Assembly (NCBI GenBank): GCA_965197525.1
Contig: OZ240211.1
Span: 160,001 to 224,000 of the forward strand
Length of the DNA: 64,000 bases
Direction of reading: 5' to 3'
Source of the DNA: Nitrosopumilus sp.
GTDB lineage: Archaea; Thermoproteota; Nitrososphaeria; Nitrososphaerales; Nitrosopumilaceae
Both the position numbers and the translations under genes were made by a program. Positions 1-8,400 of this stretch are shown here, in pieces. Within the stretch, counting starts at the first letter, position 1. Each line of letters begins with the position of its first letter. Below the pieces are notes generated by a model. That model saw only the letters and a list, made by a program, of their open reading frames with translations. It was not told where the DNA came from and did not search any database.

Positions 1-17
1 AAGATTAGGACAACGCC
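1..17. mobile_element. Probable right terminal repeat of an IS5-like element lying mostly upstream of the window
   Basis: AAGATTAGGACAACGCC (1-17) matches AAGATTTGGACAACGCC (3988-4004), the end of the IS5-like remnant, at 16/17. Confidence 0.5.
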
Positions 18-95
18 ACTGATTTGAATATACTTAAGTATGTAGCCCATGAACTGTTAATTGAAACTTTTATACATTAGAAATGCGTATGGTAT

Positions 96-175
96 CTGTA
101 GACAAGTAAGTCCCGACAAATACCGTGCCATCTGGCGTAGGATTTATCTGAAGGTTCTAAGGGGTTTGTCTACAG
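96..175 (-). ncRNA. Candidate structured RNA directly 3' of the DUF3800-like gene
   Basis: Perfect 10-bp stem CTGTAGACAA(96-105)/TTGTCTACAG(166-175) starts right after a TGA-TGA double stop. It encloses a nested hairpin GAUAAAU-CC..GCC-AGAU-GGC..GG-U-AUUUGUC on the minus strand. Confidence 0.45.
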
Positions 176-178
176 TCA

Positions 179-616
179 TCAAAACCATAATCTTCTTACG
201 CCGTTTCCGATGAATTTAGGCTTTAGAATATCCACATAGGTACGATCATCATAAAGGTATGCGTGTCTGAATGATCCTGCAATAAAATCTGCCGCCCAAA
301 TTCCAGAATCAGAGTATGAATCAATGTCTTGAAATCGATCTATTGTTCCCGAATATTTTTTTGATCCTGTAAACGCTCGATAAGATTCCGTGTCTGCCAT
401 ATATTGGTTAAAATTTTGAGTTCTTTTTGAGTCAAGCCTGCCTTTGTCATAGATCACTGTGAGATTGTTAAAATCTTCGATGTTCGGCACAATGTTATCA
501 TACAGTGATCTGTTGAATAGAAAATTTCCTATTTCCTCAGAACTCCACGTCTGTCTTTTTATTGTGCGTTTATCAAGAACGCCGGCAAAGACGCCATCGG
601 CAGCACTTACTATCAA
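179..616 (-). pseudogene. DUF3800-like (RNase H-like fold) protein, N-terminally truncated
   Basis: C-terminal DSYSDSGIWAADFIAGS resembles the DUF3800 DS...Q(L/A)ADxxA motif. No N-terminal DES motif; in-frame stops lie just upstream of the ORF. Confidence 0.5.
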
Positions 617-832
617 TGAATTGACCTGCTTGCGTATAAAGTCGAAATGAGGCTGATCTGTTTACATATCTGTACAGATCTCCTTCGAAGATCCTAACGA
701 ACTTTATCTCGTAGCTATAGCATTGCATAGTATTCTATACATAATTTTTCTATTATTATGAATATAATACCTAAAATAACGTAAACGGTTACAAATTGTA
801 TACAGTCAAAAGTGGGATCAAGGAATACTAAA

Positions 833-1279
833 TTAACCAGTACTTTCTATTTTTTCAATATTGGTTATTGCTTGGAGAGTTAGACTGTATGCAGGTTCTC
901 CATAATTATTGTATTTGTTATACTTGAACATTTTTGTGACAATGGGTTTTACAGTAATCTTAAATCCATCAGGAGTCATGTATTCTTGAATTTCAATTTT
1001 CTGTTCTTCAAACTTTATTTCTTCGCCCTTATCTTTTTGCGGATTCATTTGTTCTTTTGAAGGTTTACGTTTTAGAGAAAGAGGCACTATGGCAGATATG
1101 GCATTTAATGTGTCTACAGCTATTCCTGCAGGATATCCTTCAGGGGTCTTTTGAGGATTGAAGAAAATTTTCTTGACTACAATTTTTGCTTTGATACAGG
1201 TTCCATCATGTACTAAAAACCTACTATAATCTTCTTTTAAAACTACAAAATCAACTTCTTTTGAATCTATAACTGACAT
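833..1279 (-). CDS. Hypothetical protein with internal two-fold repeat, co-oriented with hicBA
   Basis: 148-aa ORF; EVDFVVLKEDYSRFLVHDGTCIKAKIVVKKIF aligns with EIKFEEQKIEIQEYMTPDGFKITVKPIVTKMF. Confidence 0.7.
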   Translation of the reverse strand: MSVIDSKEVDFVVLKEDYSRFLVHDGTCIKAKIVVKKIFFNPQKTPEGYPAGIAVDTLNAISAIVPLSLKRKPSKEQMNPQKDKGEEIKFEEQKIEIQEYMTPDGFKITVKPIVTKMFKYNKYNNYGEPAYSLTLQAITNIEKIESTG

Positions 1280-1292
1280 GTTACTTTATGTC

Positions 1293-1505
1293 TCATATCT
1301 GTTCTATAAAGTGTTCTAATTCGTTTACCTGAATTAATATACCTCTCAAAGTACCGCGATCTAACTCATTGTGAAGCGGAACACTTGTTATTCTTTTGTC
1401 TAAATGTTTTAAAATTACATGACTTCCCTTTCGGCGTTTAATTACAAATCCTTGCTTAACAAGGAATCGTACTAGTTTACCACCAAAAGTTACAGGAAGA
1501 GACAC
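1293..1505 (-). CDS. hicA: HicA-family toxin (mRNA interferase)
   Basis: 70 aa with RRKGSHVILKH...VPLHNELDRGTLRGIL, including the conserved GSH histidine. Confidence 0.85.
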   Translation of the reverse strand: MSLPVTFGGKLVRFLVKQGFVIKRRKGSHVILKHLDKRITSVPLHNELDRGTLRGILIQVNELEHFIEQI

Positions 1506-1786
1506 TAAAGGATTCTTCTTAATGAGATGCTAAATTCTTTGTCTTTTCCTAACTCTTCTCTCATGAGACTAACTGCTTCTACAACATTTTTTTCTGTATC
1601 ATCCATGGACTTGCCTTGTGTGATAACATTAATTTCTGCACATTTTGCAATAATCATTCCATCCTCACCCTCTTCCAAGGTAACTATATGATGATCTCTA
1701 AGATTATGTTTCTCTTCAGTGCTTCTCTGAGACTTAAAAATATTTTCCAAGGAACGATGATCTAGATAATCTAATTGAGTTTTCAT
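1505..1786 (-). CDS. hicB: HicB-family antitoxin (likely start at internal Met 1786; ORF track extends to 1852)
   Basis: IVTLEEGEDGMIIAKCAEINVITQGKSMDDTEKNVVEAVSL is the HicB partial RNase H fold; overlaps hicA by 1 nt. Confidence 0.8.
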   Translation of the reverse strand: MKTQLDYLDHRSLENIFKSQRSTEEKHNLRDHHIVTLEEGEDGMIIAKCAEINVITQGKSMDDTEKNVVEAVSLMREELGKDKEFSISLRRIL

Positions 1787-2016
1787 GTTAGTTTTACTAC
1801 TCGATATTATTATAACTTTTCGAGTTTTAACGTTGAATGCGTGTAAAAACATCCTCGTCGTAGTTCAGATGATGGATCGACCCCTACGCAAATCTGTGCT
1901 TAGCACACTTTATCCTGAATGGATCAACCCGATCTACTGTGTTCTCGTGCCGCTCATACTGAAAGACAATTACATCTTACGATTCGTCAAAAGCAATTAG
2001 CAGAGGTAGTAAAAGG

Positions 2017-2181
2017 ATGAGAGATATTGGAATAGACATCAGCAGGAAGAAGTGTACAGTATGCGTAATGGACAACGTGATGCCACAGAACAAATTCCAT
2101 GATTTGATACGTTCTTTCCTGTCTACTGATAGACCGCACTATAAAATTAACTGTTGCTTAACAGCGTGGAACGTTTTATGA
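2017..2181 (+). pseudogene. IS110-family transposase N-terminal fragment
   Basis: Manual translation MRDIGIDISRKKCTVCVMD... matches the IS110 DEDD RuvC-like first strand (GID motif); similarity is lost after about 19 codons. Confidence 0.55.
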
Positions 2182-2442
2182 GACGGTTTGCCAGACACCT
2201 GCTATCCTAGAAAGGATTGAAGCTGACTTGCGCAGCAATACACAACCTCATTTTTTATTTCTATAATAATGAAATTTGTAAAAAATAACAAGCCGTTTTA
2301 TGCGCCAAAATCTACGCAAGAGTAATAAGGTGTATGATTTTACATACATCCAGTATGAAACCCAGTCCAGAATTTCCCCTTAAACTAATAAAACAGCATG
2401 AAAAAGTAGTGTTAAATCATTTTATGACTCAATCAAATAATA

Positions 2443-2706
2443 ATGGCTATCTTTTTGAATAATTGTATGACTCTACTAAAAGTACGAATTCAAGGCATTT
2501 TAGACGATTTTGAACATGCATCAGTTGATGAGGTTGTTGGTGTTTTGAATCAGATAAAACCTCACTTTAAAAATACGTCAATCTCTGAATATCTTCAAGG
2601 AAAGATTCAAAAAATTAGTGACGTGACTGACGCCCAAGAAAAAAGAACCCAATGTAAGGTATTGATGCCTTATCTGGATTGGTATCTGCAGGGTCTTGAT
2701 GACTAG
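2443..2706 (+). CDS. Hypothetical protein (likely start at Met 2467)
   Basis: 87-aa ORF with normal composition, convergent with the next gene. Confidence 0.65.
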   Translation: MAIFLNNCMTLLKVRIQGILDDFEHASVDEVVGVLNQIKPHFKNTSISEYLQGKIQKISDVTDAQEKRTQCKVLMPYLDWYLQGLDD

Positions 2707-2713
2707 ATAATAA

Positions 2714-3136
2714 CTAACAGTACTGGTTTATCTTCTCTAATGCCGTCTTTATCTCTTCTAGATCTTCTCTTGCCTGTATTCCGTCCCCGACTAGTTCTAC
2801 AAAATACTCATGTCCCGTATCTTCAGCTTTGTGAATGTCTGACTGATAACACATGAGGGCTTTTTCCAAAAATTGTATATCTTCTTGAGTTTTGTTCATT
2901 GATTTGGTATCTGCTAGGTTATCTTGGATCTTTTTAATCATTACATCAATCTGAGGGACAACCTTTCTTGCCTGTTGATTTAGCACAGACGCAAACATTG
3001 CAGCAGAATCTTCAAGCTCCGGACTTTTATGAAGTTTTTTTAATCTGTCTTTATAGTGGTTCAATGATTTTAGAACTATCTTGTATCCTCCTTCATCCTT
3101 TAGATAGATTCCACCTAACCAAATTTTATCAGTCAT
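2714..3136 (-). CDS. Hypothetical helical protein
   Basis: 140-aa ORF with ATG start and normal composition. Confidence 0.75.
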   Translation of the reverse strand: MTDKIWLGGIYLKDEGGYKIVLKSLNHYKDRLKKLHKSPELEDSAAMFASVLNQQARKVVPQIDVMIKKIQDNLADTKSMNKTQEDIQFLEKALMCYQSDIHKAEDTGHEYFVELVGDGIQAREDLEEIKTALEKINQYC

Positions 3137-3180
3137 ATTTTATGTGGTTTGCATGTGTCATTATAATTTGTATGGATTAA

Positions 3181-4004
3181 AAACCGTTCCATCAAAATCC
3201 TGCCTGTACCACGTAGTCACCGTAATCGCAGATTTGGGTGACTGCACAAAATAATGGAATGGCAGACAGGATCCCACGCGCGCGGTTCCCTCCTGGGCGA
3301 CTCCACAGGGGTTGCCATAAACCAATACGCGGACTGGGAAGACACCAAGAGAGAGAGAGGGGACTTGTCTCCAGGTGCGAATTCGTCAAATTACACGTGA
3401 TCGTCGATGCCAAGGGAAGAAAGATCGTCTTCTGTGCAGTCATCAAAGGATGCGCGCACGACTCTCCAATATTCCGGGAAATGTTCGAGAATGTTCCAGA
3501 CGGCCTTGGGTGCGTGATGCTTGATGCCGGGTATGACGCAGTCAAGAACTACAAGATGATCCAAGACTCGGGCAGAAGACCTGTCATCTGCACCCTCAAG
3601 AACCACGTCGTAAGGGGATTTGGTCCGGAGGCGAGATGATCAGATGGTGGGAGAAGAACCCCAAAGAGTTTGAAGAGACGTACCATCCATGCAGCATAGT
3701 AGAGTCCGTGTTCTCGTAGTTCAAGTGTAGGTTCACTGCCGTGGTTCGCGCAAATACACTGCCGGCCCAAAGGTTGCAGCTGCTACTCAGGTGCATCTGC
3801 TACAACATGCTGTCGTGATGGAATGATGCAAAAATGCATGCCATGCACCTAGTATGTGTTGTGCGTCTTTGCGCGATTCTGGTACATGATGCATGATCTC
3901 ATGCTCCGATCACAGGAAATTCAGTCAGATGGATGGAATCAAAACCAATAAAACGCGTGTAAAAGAACATCATAGGTCTGTAGAACCAAGATTTGGACAA
4001 CGCC
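3181..4004 (+). mobile_element. Degenerate IS5/IS4-like (DDE_Tnp_1) element: 5'-truncated, frameshifted transposase plus right end
   Basis: GDSTG (first catalytic D, in a shifted frame, with the frameshift in a (GA)n run at ~3348-3358), then FVKLHVIVD, HDSP, LDAGYD, and frameshifted SIVESVFS*FK with an internal stop. GC is higher than the flanks; the end motif recurs at 1-17. Confidence 0.8.
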
Positions 4005-4152
4005 CTCGTTGTGTAATACATGATCCGTAATTTCTCAATTCTATCCATTTCAAGTTACAAATTTAAACAATATTCCGACAGGTTCTGTGAAGTTATCGGG
4101 GGTTATCTGTTAATCCCTAAATTGTATAAACCTCTAAACCGTAAGATATTCG

Positions 4153-5346
4153 TTGAAAGCGATAAAGTCAATATCACAGAAATATACGCCGAACTCTGAT
4201 CTAATGGATATGATGGCTATATTCACAAAGATGGTCAATCATTGCATCAAGACAGGATTGAAAGAAGACACTCACAATATGAAGAGGTTGTCCATGTTAT
4301 GTTATCATGAATTACGTAATTATGACATCCTGTCTTCATACAAACTAAATGCAATATCACGAGCTGCAGGCATGTTATCAAACAGAAAACAATCAATCAA
4401 ACGAGGTGTCAGAATAAGAGACCCAATAGTCAAAAATCCCTTTATGACAAACTGTTACGGTATACAACACAACGGTGCACTATTAACAATCCCATACAAG
4501 AAACATAACCCAATCAACATTTTACTCAACGATCACACCCAAAAAATCCTATCTGATCCCGCCTTGACGATGCGTTCGTTTTCATTGACTGCTCTGAACA
4601 TCAGTCTTTGTGTTTCAAAAACAGTACAAGAGATAGAGTGCACCAATCAAGTGGGAATAGACAGAAACCTAAGAAATGTGACGTGTGGGAACGAGAAAGA
4701 GGTGACAGTCTACAAGACAAACAAACTGTTATCCATAAAGGAGAACACAATACACGCTAGGGCAGGATTCCACAGAAATGATCGCAGAAAGAAAGGTCAA
4801 TTCTGGAAACAAAGACAGAGACGAATGAGCAATAGAACAAAGCAGTACATCCACAGAATCTCAAAGGATATAGTAGACAACGCAGTCAAAAACAAGACTG
4901 CAATCGTCATGGAAAACCTGAAAGGAATAAGAAAATTGTACCGAAAAGGAAACAGTCAAGGTAACAAGTACAGGCGTAGATTGAACGGGTGGCAATTCTA
5001 CGAGTTACAACGCCAAATAGAATACAAAGCCCAATGGGTCGGGTTGCCTCCAGTCGAGACAGTAGACCCAAGAAACACGAGCACGCAGTGTCCGAAATGC
5101 GGAAAGAGACTCCAAGAGGACATGCAACAACATCGTAAAATGTCGTGTAATAATTGCGGTTTGTTTATGGACAGGGATATTATCGCTGCCATGAACATAT
5201 CACGCAAGCTGCCCCCTAGGTTTAGGGGTAGTAGAGATGACATAGATGAAGCGCAGTCCGGCACTTTTGAGCAGGCGATGACGGAACCCGGCACACCATT
5301 GGTAATCCGAATAGTCGATATGTCAAAGTCAAGTTATAGGGGTTAA
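4153..5346 (+). CDS. tnpB: RNA-guided endonuclease TnpB
   Basis: RuvC-I GIDRN, RuvC-II IVMENL, zinc finger CPKC..CNNC and RuvC-III DRDIIAAMNI all intact; TTG start. Confidence 0.95.
   Translation: MKAIKSISQKYTPNSDLMDMMAIFTKMVNHCIKTGLKEDTHNMKRLSMLCYHELRNYDILSSYKLNAISRAAGMLSNRKQSIKRGVRIRDPIVKNPFMTNCYGIQHNGALLTIPYKKHNPINILLNDHTQKILSDPALTMRSFSLTALNISLCVSKTVQEIECTNQVGIDRNLRNVTCGNEKEVTVYKTNKLLSIKENTIHARAGFHRNDRRKKGQFWKQRQRRMSNRTKQYIHRISKDIVDNAVKNKTAIVMENLKGIRKLYRKGNSQGNKYRRRLNGWQFYELQRQIEYKAQWVGLPPVETVDPRNTSTQCPKCGKRLQEDMQQHRKMSCNNCGLFMDRDIIAAMNISRKLPPRFRGSRDDIDEAQSGTFEQAMTEPGTPLVIRIVDMSKSSYRG
5209..5330 (+). ncRNA. Predicted omega-RNA scaffold overlapping tnpB 3' end (copy 1)
   Basis: Three stems with compensatory changes among copies; conservation ends at GATATGTCAAAGTC. 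Confidence 0.7.
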
Positions 5347-5415
5347 CCCTCGATAACTTCACAGAACCTTCCGACACGATTATATTCATATGGGTAGTCA
5401 GTTATTCCGACCCCT

Positions 5416-8400
5416 ATGACGATCCCGGCGAAAAACACTCTTTTCATATCCGCCCTAGTTATAGCATTGCCCATTCTCATAGTGGCGTGCACTGCACCGC
5501 ATGCCTACGGGCAGGCAGACGAGCGACCTTTTGTTATGACATGGGCCGTGAGGCAGGGGGGGTTAGTTACGATTCCCGTCGACGATGAGAACGGCACCTA
5601 CGGGGCGACCGGAGAATACACTGTAGACTGGGGGGATGGGACTGTGGAGACCATCAGCGGAACCGCGGAGCACAGATACGCCCATGCAGGCAACTACGCC
5701 ATAAGCATAACAGGGAACTATGCGAAGATCTATCTTTACGGTAGCATACCCAACGGATCCATGTCGGTAGAAGAATATATGGGGTCTACCAGCACGGCCA
5801 TTGCAAGAGTCGGGAGCTCACCCAACGGACTCCTGTCGATAGATCAATGGGGCGACGTCAAATGGACCTCTATGGCGTACGCATTCTCGGGCGCAAGGAA
5901 TCTGGTGTACAATGCAACCGACGTTCCGGATCTTTCCTTGGTGACTGACATGAACCACATGTTCTATTTTGCCAAAAAGTTTAACGGCAATCTCTCCGCG
6001 TGGGACGTCTCGGGTGTGACTGATATGAGCTACATGTTCTATGAAGCCACGGCGTTTAACGGCGACGTCTCAGAGTGGGACGTCTCTGGCGTGACTGACA
6101 TGAGTCGCATGTTTTACGAGTCTGACACCTTTAATCAGGACGTCTCAGAGTGGGACGTCTCTGGCGTGACTGACATAAGCTGGATGTTCAGCAGGGCATT
6201 TAATTTCAATCAAGACATATCATCATGGAATGTGTCGGGCGTGACTGACATGAGACGCATGTTTGCCAACGCCATATCTTTCAATCAGGACATCTCCTCG
6301 TGGGACGTCTCGAACGTAACTGACATGAGCTACATGTTCTACGGTTCTTACTCCTTTAACCACGACATCTCCTCGTGGGATGTCTCAAACGTGACTGACA
6401 TGAGCCACATGTTCCAGTTTGCCTACAAGTTTAACCGTGACATCCACGAGTGGAACGTCTCAAACGTGACTGACATGAACCACATGTTCAAGTATGCCGA
6501 GACGTTTAACGGTAACATCTCCTCGTGGAACGTCTCAAACGTGACTGACATGAACCACATGTTCGAATTTGCCTATGAGTTTAACGGTAACATCTCCGGA
6601 TGGGATGTCTCGGGCGTGGCAGACATGCGCGATATGTTCGATTCTGCCACCTCTTTCAACCAAAACCTTGGAAGATGGTACGTCGTGCCGGAAGATACGT
6701 CTATCGTTGACGGCGACTCTTCCCTTGTAGTTACTACCATATCGGCACAGAACGCCCACTTGGACAAACAGAATCCAACGTACGCCATCATTGTGGGGCA
6801 TGACTCTTCTGCCTTTGAAATGGATCACAACGTGCTCAAACTCAAAGCCACACCTGTACAATCTGTCAAATCCACATACATGGTAGGTGTGACTGCCACA
6901 GGTACGTTCGGTTCAAATAATCAACGACTCGTTAACATTACGGTGGTAGAATATGTGCCTGACACCACCCCTCCCAGTGTCAGTACGATCTGGAGGGACA
7001 GTCCAAGCAATGCGATTACCCATGACACCACCCTGCAATTTGGCATCATGTTCAGTGAGGACGTGCAAAACGTGAACGCTACGGACTTTGTGCTAACAGG
7101 TACCGGCAATGCCTCCGTAACCCACGTGTCAGGCTCCAGCGACGAGTACGGCGTTACAGTCTCGGTCACCGCTGATGGTACTGTGACGTTGGGATTGGCC
7201 GCGGATAACGACATCAAAGATGTGAGCGACAACGAACTGACTGACACCGTTCTCACAGCCGGAACCGACCGCACCTACACTGTTGACACGACTGCCCCCA
7301 CAGTCACGTCAATCGAAAGATACAGTCCCACAGACCAGAACACGGACAACCAGACGCTGGTGTACCAGGTGACGTTCAGCGAGAACGTCACCGGTGTGGA
7401 TACAGGCGACTTTGCCCTCTCGCAAGACAGCACCGGGGCAGGCAGCATAACCGGTCTGACAGGCTCCGGCTACATATACAACATGACAGTCTCTGCTGTA
7501 CAGGACGGCACGTACAACCTTGATCTGGCGTCATCAGGGCACGGTATAACAGATGAGGCAAGCAATCCCCTTACTAACATTGCACCTACAGGAGTGGATC
7601 ACACCTACACAGTCAGTACTGTACCTGCTGACACCACTGCACCAACACTATCATCAATTGAGCGGTACAGTCCCGTTACAGAAAGCACCGACAGCCAGAC
7701 GCTAATCTACGAGGTAACCTTCAGTGAGGATGTGACAGGGGTGGATGCGGCAGACTTTGTTATCTCTCAGGACAGCACTGGGACAGGCAGTACAACCTTG
7801 ACTGGTTCTGATAGCGTGTATTACGTAACAGTTTCTGCAACTCAGGACGGCACATACAACCTTGATCTTGTACAAAACCACGGCATTGAGGATTCGGCAG
7901 ATAATCCTTTAACTGATACTGCCACCACCGGAGTAGACCAGACATATACTGTCAACACCGTACCTGCTGATACCACGGCACCGACACTCACATCAATTGA
8001 GAGATACAATCCTGCTGCCGCAACTACTGACACCCAGACGCTAATCTACGAGGTAACCTTTAGCGAGGATGTAACCGGTGTGACACAGTCTGACTTTGTT
8101 CTGTCTTCTGATAGCACGGGTACTGCTGCTAATGCTGTAACCTCCATATCCGGTTCTGGCAGCCAGTACTTTGTAACGGTCTCTGCATCAAGTGACGGGA
8201 CATACAACCTTGATCTTGTACAAAACCACGGCATCGAGGATTCGGCAGATAACCCTCTAACTGATACTGTCACCACCGGAGTAGACCAGACATATACTGT
8301 CAACACCGTACCTGCTGATACCACGGCACCGACACTCACATCAATTAAGAGATACAATCCTGCTGCCGCAACTACTGACACCCAGACACTAGTCTACGAG

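Larger units (their letters stand above)
4081..5368 (+). mobile_element. TnpB-only element, TIR family A (copy 1)
   Basis: 25-bp TIRs GGTTCTGTGAAGTTATCG(G/A)GGGTTA (24/25) at 4081-4105 and 5344-5368; perfect 8-bp TSD TTCCGACA at 4073-4080 and 5369-5376. Confidence 0.92.

Noticed and set aside
668-693. Palindrome ATCTGTACAGAT and adjacent GATCT/AGATC hairpin
   Set aside because: Lies in the decayed 5' part of the DUF3800-like gene, with no supporting context.
1838-3971. Shared GCGTGTAAAA(G)AACATC motif at ~1839 and ~3955
   Set aside because: Short, gapped match with unrelated flanks; cannot be distinguished from chance.
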